A stretch of 62,569 nt of DNA from a bacterium (GCA_030550715.1 JAUQOU010000007.1:1-62569); one strand, 5' to 3'. Positions 47,499 to 59,300 are shown, counted from the first letter of the stretch. Numbers and translations: made by a program. Notes: generated by a model not told the origin, from the sequence alone.

Positions 47499-48542
47499 AT
47501 GACAGAAAAAGAAATCACAGAAGAGATAAAAGAAAGAATAAAAAAAATAAAAGAGGAGTTTGAAGAAGAAATCAGCAAGTCAAAAAGTGAAGAAGACATA
47601 AAAAGAGTAAAATCAAAATTCCTCGGGAAAAAAGGTTTAATCCAAGAACTCTTCAAAATCATACCACAAATAAAAGAAGAGGAAAAGAGGAAAGAAATAG
47701 GGAAACTGATAAACGAACTGAAAGAACACATAGAAGAAAAAACAAAGTCGGTATCAGAATCTCAGATTATTATACTGAAAGAAGAGGAAATTCCAGATAT
47801 AACATTGCCCGGGAGGAGAGGATTTCTCGGCTCACTTCACCCTATAACCATAACACTGCAAAAAATAGTCCTGATATTTGAAAAAATGGGATTTGAAGTA
47901 GAACAAGGTCCAGAAATAGAAGATGATTGGCACAATTTCACCGCGCTGAACATACCACCAGACCATCCCGCAAGAGATATGCAGGATACATTCTACCTTG
48001 AAGACGGGCGACTTTTAAGAACACATACATCACCAGTCCAAATAAGAGCGATGCTCAAGAGAAAAGGGATACTTCCCGTAAAAATAATCGCTCCCGGTAG
48101 AGTTTTCAGAAGGGACTTTGACGCCACCCACTCGCCCGTTTTCCATCAGGTAGAAGGACTGTTCGTTAATAGAAAAGTTAAAATGTCAGACCTTTTCGGA
48201 ACGCTTGATTTCTTCTTCAAGAAATTCTTCGGAGAAAAAACAAAAGTGAGATTCAGACCTTCTTATTTCCCTTTCACAGAACCATCAGCAGAAGTTGATG
48301 TCTCGTGCATATGCGAAGGTGAAGATAAAAACTGCAAGGTATGTAAAGGTTCTGGATTTCTTGAAGTCGCAGGTTGTGGTATGGTTCACCCAGAGGTCTT
48401 CAAAAGCGTAGGATATGAAAATGTTCAGGGATTCGCTTTCGGCATGGGAGTTGAAAGGTTAGCTATGATAAAGTTCGGAATAAAAGATATAAGATTGCTT
48501 TTCGGAGAAAACTTCTCCGCTTTCAAAAAGAGATTTTTATAA
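47499..48542 (+). CDS. pheS: Phenylalanine--tRNA ligase alpha subunit
   Basis: 'HPI', 'PDHPARDMQDTFY', 'LLRTHTSPVQIR', 'PGRVFRRD.DATH.P.FHQVEGL', 'FRPSYFPFTEPSAEVD' and 'GCGMVHP.V'. Confidence 0.95.
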   Translation: MTEKEITEEIKERIKKIKEEFEEEISKSKSEEDIKRVKSKFLGKKGLIQELFKIIPQIKEEEKRKEIGKLINELKEHIEEKTKSVSESQIIILKEEEIPDITLPGRRGFLGSLHPITITLQKIVLIFEKMGFEVEQGPEIEDDWHNFTALNIPPDHPARDMQDTFYLEDGRLLRTHTSPVQIRAMLKRKGILPVKIIAPGRVFRRDFDATHSPVFHQVEGLFVNRKVKMSDLFGTLDFFFKKFFGEKTKVRFRPSYFPFTEPSAEVDVSCICEGEDKNCKVCKGSGFLEVAGCGMVHPEVFKSVGYENVQGFAFGMGVERLAMIKFGIKDIRLLFGENFSAFKKRFL

Positions 48543-48549
48543 AAAACCT

Positions 48550-50019
48550 ATGCTCAGAGAAAGGAGAGCAGGAATACTCATACATATAACATCTCTTCCA
48601 TCTGAATTCTGTGTAGGGGATATAAAAAGTGGATTTGAACTTGTTGATTTTTTAGAAAGGTCAGGACAAACTCTTTGGCAGATCCTTCCTATTAATCCAA
48701 CATCATCAAAGTTTGGCAATTCGCCTTACCATCCACTTTCCACATTTGCCGGAAACTACATACTCATAAGTCCGGAAAAACTCCTTGAATCGGGATTGAT
48801 AAAAAAAGAAGATGTAGAAGATATAAAAACCAAGTGTGAGAAGGTAGATTATACTAGAGCGTACACTACAAAAAGGAATATTCTCAAAAAAGCGTTTGAA
48901 AAATTCAGATGGAACGACGAAATAGAAAAGTTCTTTTCAGAAAATCCATGGCTGAAAAAATACTGTGCTTTTTCGGTAATAAGAGAAAAGAGCGGAAAAG
49001 AGTGGTATGAATGGGATGAAGAGACAAAAAAAAGTGGAAAAGATGAAAATATAGCTCAAAAAGTAAGGGAAGAGATGAGGAGTGAATTTGATTTTTTTAT
49101 TTTTGAGCAGTTTATCTTTTTCTCCCAATGGAATGAGTTGAAAAAATATGCGAACTCAAAAGGGATATTCATAATAGGGGATCTACCAATTTATGTCTCT
49201 TATGAAAGTTGTGATGTATGGGAAAATACGCATATTTTCAAGCTTGACGAAGACGCAAAACCAAAGTATGTTTCAGGTGTTCCTCCTGACTTTTTCAGCA
49301 GAACGGGACAGCTCTGGGGAACTCCTGTTTATGACTGGGACGAACTTCAAAGAGATGGTTTTTCGTGGTGGATAAATAGATTGACTTTTTCTTTTCAGCT
49401 TTATGACTATGTGAGGATAGATCATTTCAGGGGATTTGTTGCTTACTGGGAGGTACCATATGGGGAAAAAACTGCGGAGAAAGGGCGATGGGTGAAAGCT
49501 CCGGCTGAAAAATTTTTCAGAACAGTTTTCAGGAAAATAGCAAACGCAAACATAATAGCAGAAGATCTCGGCTTCATAACAGAAGATGTAAAATACATAA
49601 GAGAACTTTTCAAAATTCCAGGAATGAAGGTTTTGCAGTTTGGGTTCTACGAAGATGGTAGCGAACACCTCCCGCATAACGCCGATAAAAACTCCGTCAT
49701 CTACACAGGAACTCATGATAATCCGCCATCAAAAGCATGGTTCAGAACACTTGACGAAAACACTAAAAAAAGATTTGAACTCTATATAGGTAAAAAACCA
49801 AGCGAAGAAGAGGTACCACTTGAAATGATAAGATTGGCATATTCATCTCCATCAAACTTTGCCATCATTCCGATGCAAGATATTTTAGGACTTGGAGAGG
49901 AGGCAAGAATGAACACCCCGGCAAAACAATCGGGAAACTGGGAATGGAAGATGAAAGAATTCCCAACTGAGGAGCTATCTGAAAAAATAAGAGAACTCTC
50001 TAAAATTTTCGAGAGATGA
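48550..50019 (+). CDS. malQ: 4-alpha-glucanotransferase (amylomaltase, GH77)
   Basis: 'RRAGILIHITSLPS..CVGD', 'WQILPINP...GNSPY', 'IIGDLPIYVS', 'VRIDHFRGF', 'IIAEDLG' and 'YTGTHDN'. Confidence 0.92.
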   Translation: MLRERRAGILIHITSLPSEFCVGDIKSGFELVDFLERSGQTLWQILPINPTSSKFGNSPYHPLSTFAGNYILISPEKLLESGLIKKEDVEDIKTKCEKVDYTRAYTTKRNILKKAFEKFRWNDEIEKFFSENPWLKKYCAFSVIREKSGKEWYEWDEETKKSGKDENIAQKVREEMRSEFDFFIFEQFIFFSQWNELKKYANSKGIFIIGDLPIYVSYESCDVWENTHIFKLDEDAKPKYVSGVPPDFFSRTGQLWGTPVYDWDELQRDGFSWWINRLTFSFQLYDYVRIDHFRGFVAYWEVPYGEKTAEKGRWVKAPAEKFFRTVFRKIANANIIAEDLGFITEDVKYIRELFKIPGMKVLQFGFYEDGSEHLPHNADKNSVIYTGTHDNPPSKAWFRTLDENTKKRFELYIGKKPSEEEVPLEMIRLAYSSPSNFAIIPMQDILGLGEEARMNTPAKQSGNWEWKMKEFPTEELSEKIRELSKIFER

Positions 50020-50062
50020 AAAAAACAAATTCAAAAATTAGCTTGAAGAATTTGAAATGCTG

Positions 50063-52225
50063 TTATATTCTGCTGACATTTTCTACACTTTTCATCGTTG
50101 AGAGATTATTGATGATCTGCTCAACTTCTTCTTTGCTTTTGACTTTGACTTTCAGCTCAACCTGAAAAGCTCCGTCGTCTTCTCTTGAAATGAACTCGCT
50201 TATCTTAAATCCTTTTCTTCTCAGTACCTGTAATACATCGTTCAGATAATCAAATGACTTTATGTTGAACTTTATCTTGCTTATGTAATCAATATTATCT
50301 GGCAGATAATCTTTCGGTATCTTTATTATTCTTTCGGCATCAAGGTGAGTTAATTCTGGGCAATCTGATCTGTGAATTACTATTCCGTAACCTTTGGTTA
50401 TGTATCCGACAACATCATCATGGTGCACGGGAGTGCAGCAGAGGGCAAATCTCATTTGAACTCCTTTCAAGTCCCCATATAGAAAAGTTTGAGGGCTTCT
50501 TTGAGATATTTCTCTTGTATTATCTGTTTCTTTGGCGTTATCGTTTTCGGCAGAGACCTGCTTTTTCTGATCTCCATCTTGCTCAATAAATCTCTTGAGA
50601 ACGCGCATGAAGGAAGAGATAGGTATCTTTCCTGCTCCTATATACATATACAGGTCTTGAATTGACTTGAGGTTAAAAGATGCTATGGCTTTTGATAAAA
50701 TTCCTTTCCTGATAATATCATTGAGATTTAGTCCGAACTTCTTCAGCTCTCTTTTCAGGATTTCTTCACCCGTTTCTATGTTGATCTGTTTTTCTCCCTT
50801 TGATAGCCACTGCTTTATTCTGGCTCTTGCTTTTTCGGTGACGACAAAATCAAGCCAGTTCCTCTTAGGTCTCTGATTTTTAGATGTTATAACTTCAACT
50901 ATATCTCCGCTTCGCAAAACATAGTCTATAGGTTGGAGTTTTCCGTTAACCCTTGCTCCAACACACGAGAGACCGAGGTCTGTGTGGATTGTAAAGGCAA
51001 AATCAAGAACAGTAGCACCGCGAGGTAAAATCTTGACATCTCCTTTCGGGGTGAAAACATAGATCTCATCTGGATATATATCTTGGCTTATCTTTTTGAC
51101 TTCATACTCCGGGTTTTCTCTTGAAAGTTCGAGAACGCTTCTTAACCAAGAGAATATTTTCAGACCTGAAGGCGAAATAGGGGACTTTTCTTTGTAAGCC
51201 CAGTGAGCAGCAATTCCTTCTTCTGCCTCTTTATGCATCTCGCTTGTTCTTATCTGAAACTCCGCTCTTTTGCCTCCTTCTAAAATCACCTTTGTGTGAA
51301 GGGACTTATAACCGTTGGGCTTTGGTATAGCTATGTAATCTTTGAACTTCCCGGGAATTGGTTTGAAATATGTATGTAAAATTCCAAGAACTTTATAACA
51401 ATCTTCTACTGTCTGAACAATTATTCTGAACCCTATTATATCATATACATTTTCTATGTCTATTCCCTGTCCCACAATTTTGTTCCAGATGCTGTAAATT
51501 CCTTTGACCCTGCTTTCAACTTTGAAATTCTCAATTCCTTCTTTTTTGAGGATAGATGAGGTATATTCCTCTATTTCTTTTATGAGTTTTCTGCCGTCGG
51601 AGATTATATCTTTTATTTTGTTCTTTATGTATCTTGCTGCATTTGGGTAAAGGACTTCAAAAGACCTATCTTCAAGTTCTGTTTTTATGTTATAAAGTCC
51701 TAGTCTATGAGCTATTGGGGCGAAGATTTTAAGGGTTTCGTCTGCGATCTTTCTTGCTTTCTCTTCTGGTAAAAACTCAATTGTTCTTATGTTGTCAAGA
51801 CGGTCTGCTATTTTGATGAGTATAACTCTGACATCTCTCGCCATAAAGACGAACATTTTTCTGAGATTTTCTATCTGCCTTTCTTCTGCGTTGAGATTGA
51901 CATCAAGTTTTGAGATTTTCGTCACTCCATCAACGAGGAAAGCAACCTCATCTCCGAAGTGCTTTGATATATCTTCTATTGTTTTTTGTGTGTCTTCTGC
52001 GACATCGTGCAAAAGCCCCGCAGCAACCGATTTATCATCTGTTTTCAGCTCCGTGAGAATTTTCGCAACAGAAAGAGGATGGACTATATATGGTTCTCCA
52101 GAAAGGCGAAACTGATCTCTGTGATAATAAGAAGCGTATATGTAAGCCCTTCTTATAAGAGAGAGGTCAGGCATAGGATGATAGCTTGATATAGCCGAGC
52201 AAATTTCCTTTATGCTAACAGACAT
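50063..52225 (-). CDS. rel: Bifunctional (p)ppGpp synthetase/hydrolase, RelA/SpoT (Rel) family
   Basis: HD hydrolase 'SGEPYIVHPLSVA...AGLLHDVAEDT', synthetase 'RVKGIYSIWNKI' and 'DIIGFRIIV', TGS 'IYVFTPKGDVKILPRGATVLDFAF.IH', and a C-terminal ACT-like region. Confidence 0.93.
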   Translation of the reverse strand: MSVSIKEICSAISSYHPMPDLSLIRRAYIYASYYHRDQFRLSGEPYIVHPLSVAKILTELKTDDKSVAAGLLHDVAEDTQKTIEDISKHFGDEVAFLVDGVTKISKLDVNLNAEERQIENLRKMFVFMARDVRVILIKIADRLDNIRTIEFLPEEKARKIADETLKIFAPIAHRLGLYNIKTELEDRSFEVLYPNAARYIKNKIKDIISDGRKLIKEIEEYTSSILKKEGIENFKVESRVKGIYSIWNKIVGQGIDIENVYDIIGFRIIVQTVEDCYKVLGILHTYFKPIPGKFKDYIAIPKPNGYKSLHTKVILEGGKRAEFQIRTSEMHKEAEEGIAAHWAYKEKSPISPSGLKIFSWLRSVLELSRENPEYEVKKISQDIYPDEIYVFTPKGDVKILPRGATVLDFAFTIHTDLGLSCVGARVNGKLQPIDYVLRSGDIVEVITSKNQRPKRNWLDFVVTEKARARIKQWLSKGEKQINIETGEEILKRELKKFGLNLNDIIRKGILSKAIASFNLKSIQDLYMYIGAGKIPISSFMRVLKRFIEQDGDQKKQVSAENDNAKETDNTREISQRSPQTFLYGDLKGVQMRFALCCTPVHHDDVVGYITKGYGIVIHRSDCPELTHLDAERIIKIPKDYLPDNIDYISKIKFNIKSFDYLNDVLQVLRRKGFKISEFISREDDGAFQVELKVKVKSKEEVEQIINNLSTMKSVENVSRI

Positions 52226-52299
52226 AATCCCACAAATAAAAATTTAATGATATTTTGGAAGAAGTTTTGAGATTTCGGGAAAGAATTAAAAAACCAAAT

Positions 52300-53253
52300 T
52301 CAATTTTTCTGATAAGATCTGATTTTCAATCCAGAGCCGATAATTTCCCTTAATGTCTTTCCAGATTTTTTGAGTTCGGCAAGCAAGCTGTCGTAAATTT
52401 CCTCCGCAGTCCTTGGATTCAAAAATGTAGCTGTTCCGATCTGAACAGCAGTAGCCCCGGCTAAAAAGTACTCTATGGCATCATCAAAATTATAAATTCC
52501 TCCGCAACCAATTATTTTTATATCTGGAAACCTCTCACAGAGCTCTATAACACATCGCAGAACAACCGGCTTTAAAGGATAGCCAGACATACCCCCTTTG
52601 AAAAATCCTTGTTTTTTATCCCAAAGCGCAGATGGCAGAGTGTTTGAGATTGTGAAAGCATCTGCTCCCTCAGAAAGGGAAATTTTAACAAGTTGAGGGA
52701 GAATTTCAGAAAATGGCGAGAACTTGACAAGAATTGGTCTTGATGTAAACTTTCTGCATAAGCGAACAATTCTCTGAACGGACTTCGGATTTACTCCAAA
52801 CTCAATACCTCCTTTTTCTGTGTTAGGGCATGATAGGTTCAACTCGTATGCGTCGGGAGGATTTTCACAGCTTTCAAGAACCTTTATAACATGTGGATAA
52901 TCTCTTTCTTTTTCTCCGAAGATATTGGCTATAATTTTTGTCGGGATCTTTTTGAGTTTTGGCATGTGGTATTTTGCGAAGGCGCGAGCTCCGGGATTTT
53001 GCAGTCCAATCGAGTTCAAAAGGGCTATCTGGAAACCCTTCACTGAGAACTCTGCTATTCTCGGGGGTGGATTACCATCGCGGGGCTTCGGAGAAATACC
53101 TTTCGTGACCACAGCTCCCACCTTTGAAAAGTCAAGAATGCCTTCAAGCTCATAGCCATATCCAGCTGTCCCAGACGCTAAAATAATGGGACTTGAAAAC
53201 GAAACTCCCTTTATCTCAAAAGACAAAGCATCGGCTCCCGATATTTCAGCCAT
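52300..53253 (-). CDS. pyrD: Dihydroorotate dehydrogenase, class 1 catalytic subunit
   Basis: 'SFSSPIILASGTAGYG', 'NLSCPN' (Cys active site, so class 1) and 'IIGCGGI'. No pyrK-like partner is adjacent. Confidence 0.9.
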   Translation of the reverse strand: MAEISGADALSFEIKGVSFSSPIILASGTAGYGYELEGILDFSKVGAVVTKGISPKPRDGNPPPRIAEFSVKGFQIALLNSIGLQNPGARAFAKYHMPKLKKIPTKIIANIFGEKERDYPHVIKVLESCENPPDAYELNLSCPNTEKGGIEFGVNPKSVQRIVRLCRKFTSRPILVKFSPFSEILPQLVKISLSEGADAFTISNTLPSALWDKKQGFFKGGMSGYPLKPVVLRCVIELCERFPDIKIIGCGGIYNFDDAIEYFLAGATAVQIGTATFLNPRTAEEIYDSLLAELKKSGKTLREIIGSGLKIRSYQKN

Positions 53254-53338
53254 AAAATTGTATTTTTACCCTAACTAACAAAAAATAAATAAGAGCATAA
53301 ATTTTGAGCCGAGTTCTTTTGAGATACAAAGATAATTT

Positions 53339-56300
53339 CTATCTTAAATGTGCTTTTCTCCTGCGAAAGTAAAATTTCAAAAGCATATAGAGAAAGATAA
53401 TATATGTGGTTTGAGCTGTAAATGAAGAGCATCCGACTCCTCCGCTTTCCAGAGAGCGAGATTGAACAGCGGTATCAGATATCTTCCCTTCACCGAGCTT
53501 AATTTGGGGAGCAGGTGCTGTCGTCTTTCTTATTAGTGAAACAACACAACCGTTATCAAAAACCATAACCAAATCGGTAAAATTATCGTTACTCACATCT
53601 GCAACAGCAAACGGAGAATAACTTATTGGACCCGTACCGCTCACATTACTGAAATAAGTTGAAGTGTTCTTTGGATAACCACTTTGCAAAGCTATCTCAT
53701 CTGTCCCATCTTGAAAACTCAATTTAAAATAAGTCAGACCTGCTGGGGAACTTGTATAAGCCGTCCACAAAATATCTGGAACTCCATCGTTATTCATCTC
53801 GGCTGATTCAAGAAGGTAAGAACTCGCAGGGGAAACAATAGACGCATCAGCAGTAGATGAAAGAGAAAAACTCATACTCCCACCATTTTTGAAAAGATAT
53901 AGAATCTGCTCCGAAGAAATAGCTATTATATCTTTTTTGCCATCCAAATCAAAATCAGCAACATCAAATGACTCAATAGTGATTCCTCCCGGCAATGTCA
54001 AAGTTGTAGATACACCAAAAGTACTTCCAAGAGCAAAGAATATTTTTCGGCTATCACTATCATGGTCAAGACCTACTATATCTTGGGTTCCATCGCCGTT
54101 TATGTCTGATATTTTTGCTCTTATTACCCAGCCATTAAATCCAAGAGTTGCTCCACCTGAAAATGAGCCAGTTCCATTACCAAAAGCATAAAAGCTAATT
54201 CCAGAGCATCCAACGAACACATCTTTTTTGCCATCTCCGTTCAGGTCAGCTGAACGAATATCATAAGCAAAGCAGTGAGATGGGTCAGAAACAGCAGAAA
54301 CAAATGTGCTAACTCCAGATGAGAACCCTGAACCCGAATTTTTGAAAAAGACGAGCGAAGTTATAGAAGTATCAAATACCACAATATCGTTTTTGCCATC
54401 CTTATCAAAATCGGCTATATCAAAACCGAAACAAGGAGTTGAAGATGAGCAGACCTGATGCGAAAGCGAATACGAAAAAGCTCCATTTCCCAAACCCGTA
54501 GCAACATGCAGATAACCAGTAGAGAAATCTATCACAGCAACATCTTGTTTTCCATCTCCGTTGAGGTCTGAAACCCTGAAAGAATTATCATTTACAACAG
54601 AGACAGAGGCGAAAACACAGCTTGGTACGGGAGTGAAAAAGTCAGCAGAATGTTGCTGAGGTACAATTACAGTAATTGAAGTAGAAGCCAAAGCAGAGCC
54701 ACCGCAGGAATTCACAACCGTAACCTTAGCGGTAATTGTTGTAGTAGAACTTGTGCTATATTTAAAAGATGTCGTAGGGGATGGAGTGGTTCTATCTATC
54801 ACGCCATCTCCATTAAAATCCCATCTGTACTCAGAGATGGGGAATGAAGAAGAAGCATTTGCAGTAAATGTGACAGTAAGAGGTAAATTGCCCGATGTCG
54901 GATTTGCATAAAGTGATACAGAAGGAGTATCACAAGAAGGTTGAGAAAGAACCTGAACTTGTAAAGATTTCGTGTCTGTATCCCCGTCTGTATCGTATAC
55001 GGTAACAGTAGCTGTGAAATTACCCGCTGCTGAATATGTATAGGTTGTAGAATATGTATAGGTTGTAGATGGTGTTGATGTCTCTTTAACAACTCCATCT
55101 CCGAAAACCCACTTGTATTTAACTATTCCCGCATCATCTGTCGCTGAAACAGAAAATGTTATGGTTAAGGGAGCAGATCCAGATGTAGAAGACGCTGAAA
55201 AGCTTTGTATATTTGGCGGAGTGTTCAGAATAGTTACTGGTATGTAATTTGAAGTTCTTTCTGTGCCATAAGGAGATACAGCTATCACTCTTGCGTAGTA
55301 AGTGCCCCGAAACCTTGGGTTATATGTATAAGAGATGGTGTTCTGATATGTTTCAGCTCCCGAGCCATCTCCGAAAAGCCATACATATTTTGAAGCATTT
55401 GAATTGGTTTGTGCGGTGAAAGTAACAACGAGCGGTCTTCTGCCTTGAGTTATGCTTGCTGAAAACTGAGTGATTTTGAACTCGGGAAAAACAGATATTT
55501 TCACAGAGTCCTCAGCAGATATTCCATCCTCGCTTACCACCTTAGCTCTCACAGTATATTCTCCTTCTTTATCAAATGTCTTTTGCACATAATCCGAGTA
55601 TAACCTCAAATCCTCTTTTCCATCTCCTTCAAAATCAAAAGAGATATATCCTGTGTGATCCTTTGCTTGAACACGGAAAGAGACATTCAAAGGAGCATTA
55701 CCACTCACCTTATCTGGGAAAATTGAAATAGATGGAGTAATGGGTTTGTTTTTAACCTTTATTTTTATTTCTTTTCGGACAGAGTTCCAATCAGAATCCG
55801 AAGCGTAAAATATCAAAGAAAAAATGCTATCTTGTGTTATGCTCCCTGTATATAGCACAGGAGAAAGAGAGTAAATATACGAAAGAGAAAGAGGATAATA
55901 ACCCTGAATTGAAAAATTAACCTCCCCCTCAGCAGAATCAGGGTCAGATATTGATATTTTCAGAGGAACATAAGTTTTCTCGTCAAATTCATATTCTGTG
56001 CCCTCTTTGAGTTCGGTCCCATCGCTCAGAAACACTTTTATTTCCGGTGGTTTCCCTATAACAGTTATCCAGGAACACCTACTATCTCCTCCGCCTTCAT
56101 TGCGAACTTCAACACAAATATAAGAAGATCTTTTAGGTGCATACGATATTTTCGCAGTATTGCCTATATCCTGCCCTGTTCCATAATAATTCCAGATATA
56201 CCATCTAACAGAAGGAGATTCTCCTCCAACAAAACTTACCTCAAAGTCAGCACTTTTACCTTTTTCAATACTTGAAGGAACTTTGAAACCAACAATTTGT

Positions 56301-59300
56301 GGTGGAGGTACAATAACTATATCACCCAAGTTTATTTCGTTCTCATTCCCTATCTCTATTTTTTTTGAGTAGCTCCATGGGTAATAGTATGAGTAAAATC
56401 CCAGTTGTCCTTCTTGTCCTTTGAAAACAGGAATGGTAGCAGAGAAAGTTCCATCTGAATCTGACCTCATCCATATCCTACCTCTACTACCACCTGTAAT
56501 ATCGATAAATACATCAGGGACTGGTTTTCCTGCTTTATCTACAAACCTGCCTTTTATAATAACTTTCTTCAAACCAGCGAGAACTATTTTACCTATATAA
56601 AGATATGGTTTTTTAGCTTCTTCACTCCATCCGTAAAGTTCATGGTGTGCGGTTGATGATTCAACTGGCGAAGGAATATCAGAAATATCAAACCCAAGAG
56701 ATGTTGGCAGTTTTAGTCTATAACCCTCTATTAGCAGCTTTGAGCGTGTCTCACCTCCGTATTTTTTCTGAGGAGCGGGAACAAGAGCGATAATTCCTGC
56801 TGCTGATTCAAAGTAAGAGACCTTTTCATCGCTTTTTGGTGTGCAAACATAAGACGAGATCTTTTCTGAAAAAGAGCAGTCCATAGGATTTTCTGAATTT
56901 GAGCAAACATAGTGGGCTTTATCTTTATCAAACGAGCATTTTACACTCCACTTACCATCAGAGAAATACTCATGTCCTCCTTTTATGATTTTATCCATCT
57001 CGCGTGAGAGGTCAGCAACAGAAGATAACATAGAAAAGAAATTAACCAGAGTATCAAGTCCATCTCTTATATCTTGTGGTAGTGCCTGATATTCTGGCGA
57101 ATCCTTATAAGATTGTTTTACTTTTATTCTTGGAGAGGCGGGTTTTTTTGGTGGGAAAGGAAGATAAGGAGAAAAAAGATTATCAGGGAACCAGTCCTTA
57201 CACTCTGGATTTTTTTCTTTGACATCCCTGAGCATTTTTCCGTAATCTTGGTAAAACTTGAGAAAGAGAGGTTGAACGGTTTCGTATGCTTTTGCAGATT
57301 TCCACTCGCCGTGCTCACCCCACGCTTGGATTGCCTGCCCGGCAAAAAGACCAACCGTCTGAGCGAGAAAAGTTGCCTGAGCAAATGCGCCTTTCCCAAG
57401 ACATTTCCCTCCTTCTGAAAAGAACTTTCCAATTCCTGTGCTTGAACTCTTTAATACTTCTGATATACAACTTAAACCTTCTTTTGAAGTAAAAAAACTT
57501 GCGATCGTTCCTACTAGGTCTTTTGCTGGATCTAGAAAATTACTTGCGATCTCTTCTCCAAATACCTGAGGAAAAGATGTTAATTCTCCGGAATAAGCCA
57601 CATTTACACCAGCAGTTTTTAAGGCATCCAAAATAGATTTGTATTTACTCTTCACTCTTTCAACCATAGTTGAAACAAAAGCCTGCGCACAAGCTCCACC
57701 TACACTCTCTATCGCTTTTCCAAAATCTATAAAATCAAATGCGCAGTCAAGAGCATAACTTAAAGCAAACTGAGACGCATCCTGCGATAGCGAATCCCAT
57801 CTATCCCAAAATATCTGTTCAGAAGATTCACGACCAACGGGTTTCAAACCTTTCTCCAAATCTCTTATAGCATCGTTCATTTTCTTGTAATCTCCGTCAA
57901 ACCAAAATCCCCAAGCTTGGCCTGCGAGTTTACTAAGAATATTGTATTGGGTCTCATCTATAAGGTTTTTCACCCAAAGCTGTCCTATTGTATCTTGCAA
58001 AGCTTCAATATCTGACCGAAGAATTTTACTATACTGCTTTCTTATCTCCTCACACTTATTAGCTCCGCCACCCCCATCAGGACCTGTCCCTCCACCACCT
58101 CCTCCCCCGACATTAGCTGGCATATCTTGGTAAAGATATTTATCATAAGGGTTGTCTGGGTCGGTCATATCTGGACCATAAGGCGGAATCTGCTCCTCGC
58201 TCCTTTTCACATCTACTGTAAAATTCCCATTTTCATCTGTGTATGTTCCTTTAAAATCCCCTAGACCCCCGTAAGTATTTCCTTCTGTCTGAATATATAA
58301 GCCCGATACAGGGTTGCCTTGCTCATCAACTATCTGCCCTGATACCGCAGCGTGTGTATCAACAGGATAATCCACATTCCACGCAGAAAAATGCTCAACC
58401 CTTGCAGAAGTGTAAAGCTTTTTCTTCAAATTGCCCGCCACTATCTTTGCAAGCTCCCTTGCAGTAATGGGTTTATCGTTCTCATCAACAAGTATTCCCA
58501 GCTCATCTCCCTGAATCCAGACCCCTTTCACACTATCAAAATACCACATCGGAACTTCAACCTTATCTGTTGTGGTTTCAACATAATCGTAAAGAGTATG
58601 ATAAACTTCTTCTGGAATCTTCATCTTCAGCGATGGCTTTTTAACTTCATCCTTTTTTGATAACCTTGCTATTTTTGGTGCAAGATTTGATATAATCTCT
58701 CCCTTTTCGTTTTGCAGAACAACATCTATAAATCCAGCAGAAGAAAGAGTTATAAAACCCTTTTGAGATTGTCCTGAGTAAGCCAAAAATGAGCCAGGCA
58801 TAAGTTCGGGCTGTGATACGGGATTGACATACGCCAAAGAACCCGAAATCTCTTTGCTATCTGATACAAGTTCAGGTGGTATATTTATTTCAGCTAAAAC
58901 TTCCCCTCCTTCTTGTTTTGCTTTTATTCTACCTGCTCTGCCCGCCTCTTTTCCCGCAAGAAGTATTGGAGCTCTACCTGGTAAAGATACCAAAGAAAAC
59001 TGCGCTCCGTCTTTTAGGTCTGTATCACGAGCAGAAGACGCCTGAGCAAGCTTGACCGAGAAGAAACCCGGCTGGTCCGCATGGAATGAGTTTTTAGCAA
59101 ATCCCGGCTTCACAACCTCAACCTGCATACGAGCTGTTAGAATGCGTCCCGTAAGAATCCTGCCTGTCAGAAGATTTTTACCTTCTCCTGTTTCTGATAA
59201 CCTTGCGGTAATAAGCTCGTTTGGTATAAAAAACATACCATCTTTATTTGTCATGGTAGAGAATGTCTCGTCGGGAGAGAAAAGATTATCGCCATTTATA

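Noticed and set aside
50026-50054. Bidirectional terminator hairpin (caaattc...gaatttg) between malQ and rel. Similar AT-only hairpins follow other convergent genes, e.g. 17976..17996 and 35108..35122.
   Set aside because: Stems are 5-7 bp of almost pure A/T with large or irregular loops and are expected by chance in this composition. They are not reliable without Term-seq data.
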